This document shows, in pieces, positions 1 to 9,765 of a stretch of 64,000 nt of DNA. A program made the translations under genes and the position numbers. The DNA lies in NCBI GenBank assembly GCA_025558095.1, contig JAIVFI010000018.1:186001-250000 (forward strand), given 5' to 3'. This DNA is from Hyaloraphidium curvatum SAG 235-1. Taxonomy: Eukaryota; Fungi; Monoblepharomycota. The first letter of the stretch is position 1. Each line of letters opens with the position of its first letter. The notes beneath the pieces are model-generated. The model saw only the letters and a program-made list of their open reading frames with translations, did not search any database and was not told the origin of the DNA.

Positions 1-715
1 GACCCTCGGTGAGCCCCGTGTTGGTGAGCTGGCCGCTTCCGAACCCGCCAGCCGTGTTCGTAAGGGCGGCCAGAAAGGTGCCAGACGGGAGGTACGCATA
101 CACAGTGTCCGAACTGCCCGAAATGGACCAGTCAAAGTCGGTGCCGGAAGGATCCAACAGAGCGCCCTGGCCAGTGCTGGCGGTGATGGACGTCGGGTCC
201 GGAATATCCGTGTTCGACCCAATTGAAACGACAGACCCCTTGGGAACAACGGCGGTGGTCGTCCATTTGACGGCGGGATCGTCGTTAAGGAAGCTGGCTC
301 CGTTCCAAGTGTTGGCGTTGAAGATGACTTCACAACCGGCGGGGATGTCGACTGTGGCGAGGAAACCGACGCGGTCCTGGTCGCCGCCGTACGAGACGAA
401 TGCCACGTCTCCAGCGACCAGGTTGCACTGGGCGTCGTAGCGGCGATACAGGTTATGATTGTTGCTGTACGTGACGCACGCGACATGGCCTTCCGGGGCG
501 CCAGGGAACGCGAACTCGCCTGTCACGCACGACGGGGAAGTGCGGTCAGCATCCGTTAGTCACTGCTGGGCCATGTACTCACAGAACTCGTTGTCTGTGC
601 AGTCGACGCACGACCGACGGAACTTGGGCGCCGAAGGCGATAGCGGCGCAGCGCCGACGGCGAGCGCGAAAGCGAGCAGGAGCAGAAGCGTGGGGAGTGA
701 GGTCGCGGCCTTCAT
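1..715 (-). CDS. Secreted protein with a bacterial-type extracellular beta-rich domain; runs off the window start
   Basis: ATG at 715 gives the signal peptide MKAATSLPTLLLLLAFALAVGAAP, with an intron near 581. The downstream exon is open to position 1: ...AGDVAFVSYGGDQDRVGFLATVDIPAGCEVIFNANTWNG...SGSSDTVYAYLPSGTFLAAL. Not in the ORF track because it has no stop inside the window. Confidence 0.7.
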
Positions 716-1079
716 CGGTTCTGAATGCTGTTGCGGGGACGGGAATGTCGCTGTTGTTAGTCACGGTGTTTGGCTCCCCTTCTTAGGGGACCCCATCCGG
801 TGTGTCCTTGCGTGATCCCTGCGAGTCACCATCCCTAGTGTTCCCAAGGGCCACGAGGGCACCGCCAGTGGCTAACTCGGTCCCAGCTGAAGCAATGCCG
901 ACCGCTCGATCGTCGCCGGGGCACGCGACTAAGGAGGAATATGCGACATTCTGAGTGTCCTACTGACGTCATGATCGGACCTTGATTTGCTCAGACCTGG
1001 GCGAAAACAACGCAGCGAACATCGCAACGGACATCGATAGCGATCTGATAAATACGACAATGCCATCTCTCTACCAGGT

Positions 1080-2301
1080 CTAGAGTCTCGCCTCCGCATC
1101 CGGACCCTTCCACGGTCCCGCCGCCGCCCGCGCGACAGACCACTCAGTCCACTTGCTGATGACCTTCTCCTTGCCAATGTCGTTGTGTGCTGGTGTGACT
1201 ATCAGCGCAGGCTTCGACAAGGCGGCTTCTTGAGGCTCACCTTCGTGTGCGTGCCCTTCCCAGTGCTGGAACTCCTTGTCCTTGCTCCCCACGTTGGCCA
1301 CAAAGTCCAGGATCGGCTGCCACGGCACCAGCTTGTCCGCCGCGCTACCCGTGATCAGGATCGGGAACTTTGTCGCCGCCGCGTCCCTGTGCACGGCCTT
1401 GATCGTCTCGTCCATCGAGCGGGCGAAACCGAGCTGGATCCGGTCGTGAACGAGCGGGTCCGCGAAGTCTGGAAAGAGATGAGCGACGATTCAGCGCGCC
1501 ACGCGCAGCCGCTACCCACAAGCTTCAACCACAGCGGGGTCGTTCGACACCTCCTTCGACAGCGGTGCTGTTTGAAGTGATCACATGAGCGGAGAGCCAG
1601 ACCTCATGGACCGCGGGCTCGTACCTCCGATAATGACGGAGGGCAGCCAGTACGCAAGGGTCATGAGCACGTTGTAGGTGACGAAGTTGACGACGAAGCC
1701 TAGAGCCGGGGCGCTGGCGGCGCAGCCGGCAAAGTTGGGGATATCCCGCCAGTGTACCTGCGAGAATCGGATAGCAAAAAGGCCGCCCATCGAGTGCTGA
1801 CCAAGGAATGAGCCCTGGCTCCGCGACAGGGGGCGCGAACGCCGAAGGAGCCCACCCCGAAGACGATGACCGGGCTGTCGCCCACGAGATCCTTCTCCAC
1901 GACCTTCAAGAGCTTCAGGTACCCCGCAAACATCGCCTCGATGTTCCCCTCCCCCTTCCTCATTCCAGGGTTCAGGTCCACCGTCTTTCCGTGCCCGCGG
2001 TGGTCCGGGGAGAGTACCGAGATGCCGTTGGCCTGGAAGTTGGCAAAGGCGGCATCGTACCGCCCCGAGTGCTCTCCAAAACCGTGGCAGAAAAAGATGA
2101 CGGCCCTCTGGGGCTTGGCGGTGTACTTCCGGTAGAACACTACGGCGGGGCAGGAGGGCGGGAGTTCATGGGCCGTTCCCAGGTGCCGCGTACGGCGGGG
2201 CAGGAGGGCGGGAGTTCGTGGGCCGTTCCCAGGTGCCGCGTCCCGAATCGCGCACCATTCACGCCGTCGTCGGTCACGAAGGTCTTTTCCTCGCACGTCA
2301 T
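1080..2301 (-). CDS. Monoacylglycerol lipase / lysophospholipase (alpha/beta hydrolase, Hydrolase_4), multi-exon
   Basis: HGFGEHSGRY, DHRGHG, nucleophile G|HSMGG split by an intron, D(KLV) and HAHE catalytic region; C-terminal ARL is PTS1-like. Confidence 0.9.
2141..2241. repeat. Two-copy 50-bp tandem duplication within intron 1 of the lipase
   Basis: tacggcggggcaggagggcgggagttc(a/g)tgggccgttcccaggtgccgcg occurs twice with one mismatch. Confidence 0.95.
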
Positions 2302-2586
2302 GGTGTCTTCTCGGGTGGGCTCACGCCAGCGGTCTCGAAGTGGCAGTGTTGTTGAATGGCCGCGCTGGCATGTGACCACCCGTCGGCACTCGGCACGGAT
2401 CGCAACAAAGAGAAACATCTTTTCCGTAACAAATATCTGGAAATTTGAATGAAGAGGTAATGACAATTGGGGAGCACGCGCCACCCTGAGCCTCAAGGAT
2501 GCTGCGGTGATCCCCTTCGTGGCAAGGCTCAGCGATCAGATCTCTGCCACAGGCGCTGAGCGATCAATCATCATAAAAGATCCATT

Positions 2587-3705
2587 TCACATGAGGAAAG
2601 CTACAATCATCGCCGTCGCGATGGTTCCGCAAAACCCGGCTGTTTGCCGCCCGGCCGACGACGGGCGTCGCGTGCTCTGCGGCACCCCCGTACTCGTGCG
2701 CGTCGGCCTTGGCGGCGGCGGCCGGGGCTCCGGCGCATCCGGGTAAGCCCAAGGCCAGAGCCAGACGGCCCTGCTGCACCAGTGTGTGGGTTCCTCGAAG
2801 CCCGTCTCGTTGTACAGGGCTTTGTTGGCCGCACCGCATTCAAGCAACGGGGTCGTCCAGTCCGCGGTTTCGTACAGCCTCGAGACGCAGAGCTCCCTGT
2901 CGAGCCAAAGGCAGGCCCTGCCGTCCTTGGACATGCAGGCAGGGAGGCCGCGTGGGGACCGGCCAACGATGGTGAAACGTTGCGGCGCATTCCAAGAGTC
3001 AATGACACCCCCGACATTCTGGTTGAAGGTGCCGTTGTAGGCTGTGCTGCTGCGGGGCGCCACTCTGTCGTCCCGCCGCGGACACGGGTCGCCTGTCGCG
3101 TTGGATGTGCAGAAGGCCTGGTACTCCAGCATGTTGCTCATCGTGTTGGAAACGATGCTGCCGCTCCTTCCTTTCGAGTTCCAGACGAAGCGCGGGTCGG
3201 CGCTAAGCAGCGTCCAGGGGCACCCGCCGCACGGCGCGTCGCTGCTGGGGTCAGGCTTCGACGGGCAGCAGACGTCAAACGCTCCGTTCGCTTCGTAGTG
3301 GAAGCGCGTCACGCCCCGGTCGTCGCGCACGTCCGTGGAGTAGAGGCAGAAGGAATCGTCCTCTTGTACGAAAGTGAGCGCGGCCCGGAACAGCGGTGTG
3401 ACCTCTTCGGGAGGATAATCGCTCTCCCGCACGCAGACGGGCGGGTCGCCCTCTTCCCAGGCGGGGCACGGGCCGGGGCACGAAAGCGTCGTCGACGAGC
3501 TGCCGTAGCGACCGCAGCCGGCCCACTCGCGGCAGTACGCCGCGCCCGTCGCGGCGTCGGTCACGTTGTCGACGCCGGACGAGCACCAGGGGTTGAAGCG
3601 CGGCGCCGGCACCGCGCGGGAGGGGAGGGCGAGGGCGGGGAAGAGGGCGGTCAGGGCAAAGAGGAGCTGAGCTCCAGAGCGCTGTGGTTGTCGTGTTCTG
3701 GTCAT
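2587..3705 (-). CDS. Secreted Cys-rich protein, paralog A
   Basis: Intronless 372-aa ORF with a signal peptide and the module GLPACMSKDGRACLW...LLECG...TGFEEPTHWC; colinear with 3994-4977. Confidence 0.85.
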   Translation of the reverse strand: MTRTRQPQRSGAQLLFALTALFPALALPSRAVPAPRFNPWCSSGVDNVTDAATGAAYCREWAGCGRYGSSSTTLSCPGPCPAWEEGDPPVCVRESDYPPEEVTPLFRAALTFVQEDDSFCLYSTDVRDDRGVTRFHYEANGAFDVCCPSKPDPSSDAPCGGCPWTLLSADPRFVWNSKGRSGSIVSNTMSNMLEYQAFCTSNATGDPCPRRDDRVAPRSSTAYNGTFNQNVGGVIDSWNAPQRFTIVGRSPRGLPACMSKDGRACLWLDRELCVSRLYETADWTTPLLECGAANKALYNETGFEEPTHWCSRAVWLWPWAYPDAPEPRPPPPRPTRTSTGVPQSTRRPSSAGRQTAGFCGTIATAMIVAFLM

Positions 3706-3993
3706 TTCGAAGGTAGTTCACTTAGTTCTTGTGACTCGTTCCGACTCGTGGCGAAGCAACCCGGCCGGGCTGAACAACGTCACAACGTTCTCTCCAAGGA
3801 TTCTCCTGTTTCTGGCTTCGCAAGTAACTTGATGCATGCATTTTTCAAATGATACGCTTGACGCTACGACTCCAGACGGTTCCGTCGAGTCTCAGGGCGT
3901 CTGACTCACACTGTCGGCCGCCGGCAAACAGACACAGCCCAAACAAGCGCTTCGAATCACAACGTGCAGACGAGCAACCGGCTTCTACCAACC

Positions 3994-4977
3994 ATGCGCG
4001 CCGCACTGTTCGTCTTCTGGCTGGCTTGCCTCCTCTCACTCGCCGTCGCCCAGGGAGTCCCGAGCCCCTGGTGCTGGGCTAGAAGCGAAACGGTCGCGGA
4101 CCCCGCAACCAGCGAGCCCTACTGCCGCGAAAGCGTCGGGTGCTCCAGGTACGGCGCCGGCCAGTCGACGACGTTGGAATGCCCCGGCACGTGCCCCGCC
4201 CGGCCCGTCGGCCAAGACCCGTCGTACTGCAAGCGCGGCAGCGTTCGCGTTCCGCCCGCGGGCACGGCAGGCTACCGCAAGGCCGTAACATTCAGGGACT
4301 CGTACGGCGACTGCAAGTATTCTTACGAGCTTGTCGACGAGCGGTTCGAGACCAGGTACCAGTTCGAGCAGTCCTTCGGCGTCGTGGGCACCCCACCGGA
4401 CAGCAAGGAGCTGTGCTGCCCCAAGCGGACCTCGGCTGGATGCGGCGGCTGCCCTTGGGATCTGCTGCAGAAGGACCCGCGCTTCCTCTGGGTCGAACCC
4501 GGGGTCAAGGGGAGTCTGGTGCACAACGGCGCTTCTGTCGAGCTGGACTGGCAAAGCTTCTGCCGCCGCGAATCCACCGGTGACGAATGTCCCCTTTGGG
4601 ACGACCGCATCGCACCCTACGGCGATATTCCGTACAGTACCAACTTCAAGCTCCTCGGCGGGAACGGACTAGCGATCGTGTCAGGCCCCGGAGGAAGGTT
4701 CACCCTCGTCGGCAAGACCCCCAACGGGCTCCCCGCATGCATCTCCCGGGACTCCGAAAACTGCGTCTGGCTGGAGAAGGAAATCTGCGCCTCGAGGCTG
4801 TTCGAAACTGCGGACGCGAGCACGCCTTACCTAGAGTGTGGGGAGCGCCACGTGCAGGTGTGGAACTCGACCGGGTTCGAGGACGCCGGACACTGGTGTA
4901 GGAGGGCCGTAGCGGCGAGCCCCGCCGCGTTCGCTGGGCTCGCCGGGAGGCCGGGATTCGAGTGGATGGCCGCCTAG
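3994..4977 (+). CDS. Secreted Cys-rich protein, paralog B (divergent duplicate)
   Basis: Signal peptide MRAALFVFWLACLLSLAVAQ; same Cys framework (GLPACISRDSENCVW...YLECG...TGFEDAGHWC). Confidence 0.85.
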   Translation: MRAALFVFWLACLLSLAVAQGVPSPWCWARSETVADPATSEPYCRESVGCSRYGAGQSTTLECPGTCPARPVGQDPSYCKRGSVRVPPAGTAGYRKAVTFRDSYGDCKYSYELVDERFETRYQFEQSFGVVGTPPDSKELCCPKRTSAGCGGCPWDLLQKDPRFLWVEPGVKGSLVHNGASVELDWQSFCRRESTGDECPLWDDRIAPYGDIPYSTNFKLLGGNGLAIVSGPGGRFTLVGKTPNGLPACISRDSENCVWLEKEICASRLFETADASTPYLECGERHVQVWNSTGFEDAGHWCRRAVAASPAAFAGLAGRPGFEWMAA

Positions 4978-5218
4978 AGATGGACATTGCTTTGGTGGAC
5001 GAATTCAAGTGTCGGTGTCGAGCTCCCCCGCTGCTTTAGTGTGAAACCTGTCGCCTATACCAGTGTCTGGTGTGTATGCTCTGAGGGCTTCCCGCCGTTC
5101 ATCCGCGTTGTGCATTGGGCGGGCGGGATATTGGCGGGAGTCGGATTGCCGCTTGCCGCGGCTTCCTCTGTCCTGCTCCGTCACACTGAGCCGCGCCGCG
5201 GTGCTTCCACATCGCGAG

Positions 5219-6334
5219 ATGCCCGTCCGTAGACTTTTCGCGTACGCTCTGGGAGCCCTTCCTGCCGTGTCTGCGGCCGTTCCAAGCACCGCCGACCCGC
5301 AAGGGCCCGGCGCACCCGACGGGCTCGCCCGACGCGTCGACGCAGTCGTGCTGGCCGAAATGGACGCGCAGATGATCCCCGGTCTCGCGCTCCTTGTTGC
5401 CCGACACGGAAAGGTCGAGCTCGCGAAGGGCTTCGGCCTCGCCAACGTCGAACTACACGTGCCGGTCACGCGAAAGACGCTCTTCCAGACTGGTTCGCTG
5501 GGCAAGATGTTCACGGCTGCCGGTGTGCTGCTCCAGGTGGACAAGGGGACCGTCGCCCTGGACGACCGCATTGCCAAGTGGTTCCCCGACGCGCCCGGCG
5601 CGTGGAAGGACGTGACCGTGCGGCACCTCCTGAACCACACGTCGGGCATCGCCAACTACACGCGGGATATGTACATGAAGATGTTCAACGCCACGGAGGA
5701 GGACTTTGCGAGGGCCGCGTACGAACTCCCACCGGACTTTGCGCCGGGGACGCGGCACTCGTACAGCAATACGAGCTACGTTCTGCTCGGCATCCTCCTC
5801 CGGAACTGGACCGGCCGTTTCTACGGGGACTACCTCGTCGAGGAGCTCTTCAGACCCCTGGGGATGCGCACCGCGCGGCCCATATCCGAGGCCGACATCA
5901 TCCCGCGCCGCGCGGCCGGGTACCGCCTCGAGGGCGGCCGCCTGCGGAACCAGGAGTGGGTCCCGCAGGCGCTCAACTCGACCGCGGACGGGGCGCTGTA
6001 CATGAGCCTGGAGGACTACGCGGCGTGGGACCGGGCGGTGCGGTCCAAGGCGCTGATTTCGGCGAAGGGGTGGGAGGAGGCGTTCCGGCCCGCGGTGCTG
6101 GAGTCGGGTGAGGAGGTGCCGTACGGGTTCGGATGGCGCCTGGGGGTCGCGGGCGGGCTGCCGTACCGGTACCACGGCGGGGCGTGGCAGGGGTTCAAGA
6201 CGTGGTACTCGATGTACGAAAAGGGCGGGCTGACCGTGGTCGTCCTCACCAACCTCGTGGACGCGGACACGCAGAAGATTGCTGATGCGGTTGCGGCGGC
6301 AGCAGATCCGGCACTGGCCGTTGCTAAACTTTAG
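5219..6334 (+). CDS. Serine hydrolase of the beta-lactamase class C / penicillin-binding family
   Basis: SxxK (GSLGK), LLNHTSG, YxN (YSN) and HGG motifs; intronless. Confidence 0.92.
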   Translation: MPVRRLFAYALGALPAVSAAVPSTADPQGPGAPDGLARRVDAVVLAEMDAQMIPGLALLVARHGKVELAKGFGLANVELHVPVTRKTLFQTGSLGKMFTAAGVLLQVDKGTVALDDRIAKWFPDAPGAWKDVTVRHLLNHTSGIANYTRDMYMKMFNATEEDFARAAYELPPDFAPGTRHSYSNTSYVLLGILLRNWTGRFYGDYLVEELFRPLGMRTARPISEADIIPRRAAGYRLEGGRLRNQEWVPQALNSTADGALYMSLEDYAAWDRAVRSKALISAKGWEEAFRPAVLESGEEVPYGFGWRLGVAGGLPYRYHGGAWQGFKTWYSMYEKGGLTVVVLTNLVDADTQKIADAVAAAADPALAVAKL

Positions 6335-6382
6335 AACTCGCCATGTTTCCGCAAGAGATCAAAACATCGATAGCCTGAAGCG

Positions 6383-7856
6383 TCACGCCGCCATGATCCT
6401 CGGGTGCTCAAAATACCACCGCGCCACCTCCACTTCGAACTTGGGCTCCCCCATGATCGGGTTCCTCAGGCTCCCCGGCACGAACACGAACGCGCCCTCC
6501 ATCCACACCGGCGGGTCCTGCCTCGGGAACGGGTCCCCCTCCACCGCAGGCCCGAGGTTCTCCCCCCTGCGCACGGACCGCCCCGTGCAGAACGAGCAGT
6601 ACTCGAAGGTCGTCCGCGCCGGAGCGAGGCCGAGGTGGGGGTAGTGCCCGACCACGGCGCGGCCCTCGACCGTCTCCACGGCGCCGGAGCGGTAGCCGAT
6701 GCGCCAGCGCCGCGACTCGAGCTGCGCGGAGGGGTAGGGGCACTGCTCCGGGTGGAAGGCGAGGCGGATGCGGTAGACGAACTGGCCTGGGGCGGAAAAG
6801 CGGGGTCAGCGCTCGAGATGCGGGGCGCAGCGGCGACGGCGGAGCACCGACCCCCTGGCGCCCTGTGCTCGGGCGCAAACAGCGAGGACACCCGCACCTC
6901 GATCCCGCGCGTAACAGCCCTGCCGGTCCCCGGTCCGTCCTCGCGGAACATGCTTATCCTCCCCCCCCCATCCACCTCCCTCTCCCCGCCCTCCAATGAC
7001 GCGACCCACGAGGACATGAACTCGCCGAACGGCCCGCGGTCCAGGTATCGCGGCGAGCCGAGCTCCATCTCGACCACGCGGTACTGCAGGTCAGGCGGGG
7101 CGGAGGAGAGGAAGGCGAGGTGCCGGCCCGTGCGCATGCACAGGGCAAAGAGGGAGGCCGAGGTGCCCTCGAAGGGCATGGTGCGGACTACGCCCGAGGG
7201 AAGCATGCGGACCGATACGAACTCGTCTGTGGGTCAATAAAAGGCTCTTAGCCTTACGTAAACGTGCAGCCGGAGTTCTTGGACCCACCGTAGGCGGTCA
7301 GCGTGCCGAACAGCCCGTGGTCCTCCGGTGGTTCCTCGGGTCCGTCCTCGACCAGCAGCTCCTGCCCGTCCAGGAACGAGTACCACAGCAGGAACGCGGC
7401 GAGATCGGGGTGCACAGGCCCTTGTGCTGGCACTTCGATGCCGGGCACGGCCTGTGCGCGCCAGAGGGGCGCCGGGTCGCGGCCGGGGCGGAACAGCGCG
7501 AGGGTGCGTGGCGAGCGATCTTGCAGGAAGGTTTTGAGGCGGTCGAATAGGGGCCTGTGCACGGCGTGCGCGTCCCGCAGCGGGCCGTGTGCGCGGCCGA
7601 ACGCGGCAAAGGCCGCCCGCAGCGCCGCGGCCCGGCCGTCCTCGCCGCCGTCCTCAACGGCGACGCCGTACGCGTCGCACAGCTGCGCCCAGATCGCCGC
7701 GGTGCCGTTTGCCGCGTCGCGCCACGCGCGGCACGCGAGAGACGCGCGCAGAAGCGATCGGCAGTCCGCGCCGAGGAAGAGAAGGCACCGCGCGGCGAGC
7801 TCGGGCGGCAGGTCGGCCGCCGACGCGGGCCCGTCGCGGGCGTCCGATGAAGACAT
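6383..7856 (-). CDS. F-box + SMI1/KNR4-like + ApaG domain protein (FBXO3/SKIP16-like), multi-exon
   Basis: N-terminal F-box DLPPELAARCLLFL...SLACRAW; FLDGQ; AVTRGIEVRVSSLF; ApaG-like VEGRAVVGHYPHL...FEYCS...MEGAFVFVPGSL. Confidence 0.85.
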
Positions 7857-8079
7857 CGAGAGTGGGGCTCGTAGATGGGAAGTCGCGGAATCACGGAAAC
7901 GCGGGCCGGGGGAAGTGCGAGGGCGTCGATCGCGCCGCTATAAATAGCCGATCAGTCAAACTCCACTCTCGGAGCCGGCTCCAGCGCCTGCCGAGCAAGT
8001 CAGCACTTGTAAACGCTCAAGGCTACCTCGGAAAGTTCTGGACTTGTCGGCTTCGTGGATTCGGCATCCGGGGAAGCAA

Positions 8080-9642
8080 ATGGCGGCCCCTTCAATGAAG
8101 CCTGAGGAAGCAAGCGCGCCGCTACTGGACGCCGCCGGCTGGATCGCCGTATTCCCTGTCGCCCCCTCTCCGGACCGCGTGCCCGTCGACCCGTGCTCGT
8201 GCGCCGCCGAGCCGGACGATCCGGCCGCCGCCGCCGTGCGGGTCGCTGAACCGCTCACCCGCTCCAAGTTCCTCCGTGGCCTCGCCCCGTTCCCGCTGCT
8301 GGCCGCCCTGGTGAAGCTCCAGCTCTCCGTGCGTCCCGCGGCAAAGCATGTCATCCTGCGCCACGCGTTGTGGGCGGCAACGACCGTCGCTTTGCTCGCC
8401 TCTCTATTTGTCTTCAACGACGGACGCTTCGGGACTGCACAGCTTGCGGTCGGCTACGCCAACATCCTTTTCATGTTTGCTGTCTTTATCTACCTCACGG
8501 GCTTCATCCCCGTCGTAAAGGCGTGGTACTCTGCCTTTTTGACGGAATCGCAGCACGAGATCGCCCCTGCCGTCGAGGAAGATTTTGCGTCGCATCCGAT
8601 GGCCGGCATCGCCCGCTGGTCCCTCATGTTGCTGCCGAACCGCGGCGCGGACGCAGAAAGCCCCGGAGTGACTGAGGCATCGGAGAGTCCGCTTCTCAGA
8701 CACATGGACGGCGACCTGTTCTGCACGTGCGCCCGCGACTCGTGCCTGTTGGGCGTCTGCAAGAATGCCGGAACCCAGAGGCTTCTCGAGATCGTATCCC
8801 GGTTGTTCACTACCAACTTCTTGGGGATCGCAATTGTGTGGACATCGCTGGTCACCTACGCCTCGCTGACATTCACGACCTGGTGGTCGGCATCTTTCGC
8901 AGCACTTTACCTCCCTTTCAGCTTCTTCGCCCATTTCATGGCGGTGGTCCCCCACGAAGCCGCCACTGTTGCCAGCATCCAGCTTGCGACGCGGATGCAG
9001 CACCGAGTGGTTTTGCTCGCGCTTCGGGACCTCCTCTCCCGTTATCGCGACGCCATATCCCTCGGCACCGACGCCGGCCCTTTGCAAGCCTTGCGGGGCC
9101 CGGAGCCAGAGTACTACATGCGGGTAAACGCCGCCCTCGTCGACTCCTGGAAGCAACGGCGTCCCGGGGTCAGCGAACCGAGGTTCTTCATCTTGGTTGT
9201 TTCGGTTTCCATCGTTGGTTTCGTCACCAACGTGGCAGCCGGGGGCTGCGTTGTAGGCTGGGTGCCCGTTAGCCTGCTCATCCTGCTCAACTTCTTGGTT
9301 GTCGATATGGTGGTCCTCGGCTATGCCAACGAGCAGATCTCCACCGTCACGAACCTCTACCGCGCCGCGATTCAGGACACACGCGAGCTCCTCGCCACCG
9401 CCGAATCCGGCCCGTCCCCCGCCCCCGCGGCGGTCTCGGCCGCCCTTCGGAACCACTCGGCGGTGCTGGAATCTTACCTCGCGGCGGACAGGCACCGCGC
9501 CCGCGTGTTCGGGATCGCGGTCGGACATAACGTCACGCGGGGAGTGCTGGTGACCGCGTTCACGGCGGCGCTGGGTCTGTGGACGCTGCTGCGGGGCGCC
9601 GGGGTGTTCTTCACGATGGACATCGCCTGTCCACGAACGTAG
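8080..9642 (+). CDS. Multi-pass membrane protein of unknown function
   Basis: Intronless ~520-aa ORF with about 7 hydrophobic segments; no family recognised. Confidence 0.7.
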   Translation: MAAPSMKPEEASAPLLDAAGWIAVFPVAPSPDRVPVDPCSCAAEPDDPAAAAVRVAEPLTRSKFLRGLAPFPLLAALVKLQLSVRPAAKHVILRHALWAATTVALLASLFVFNDGRFGTAQLAVGYANILFMFAVFIYLTGFIPVVKAWYSAFLTESQHEIAPAVEEDFASHPMAGIARWSLMLLPNRGADAESPGVTEASESPLLRHMDGDLFCTCARDSCLLGVCKNAGTQRLLEIVSRLFTTNFLGIAIVWTSLVTYASLTFTTWWSASFAALYLPFSFFAHFMAVVPHEAATVASIQLATRMQHRVVLLALRDLLSRYRDAISLGTDAGPLQALRGPEPEYYMRVNAALVDSWKQRRPGVSEPRFFILVVSVSIVGFVTNVAAGGCVVGWVPVSLLILLNFLVVDMVVLGYANEQISTVTNLYRAAIQDTRELLATAESGPSPAPAAVSAALRNHSAVLESYLAADRHRARVFGIAVGHNVTRGVLVTAFTAALGLWTLLRGAGVFFTMDIACPRT

Positions 9643-9765
9643 ACCATGAAAGCAAGATGATCTATCATCGCATCCGCATCATCCGCAGCATTCCGCAGTG
9701 TACAGTCCGACTCGCCTAGCCCGGTGTGCCCACAGCCATCACCCCTTCCCCCCCTTACCTTCCAA

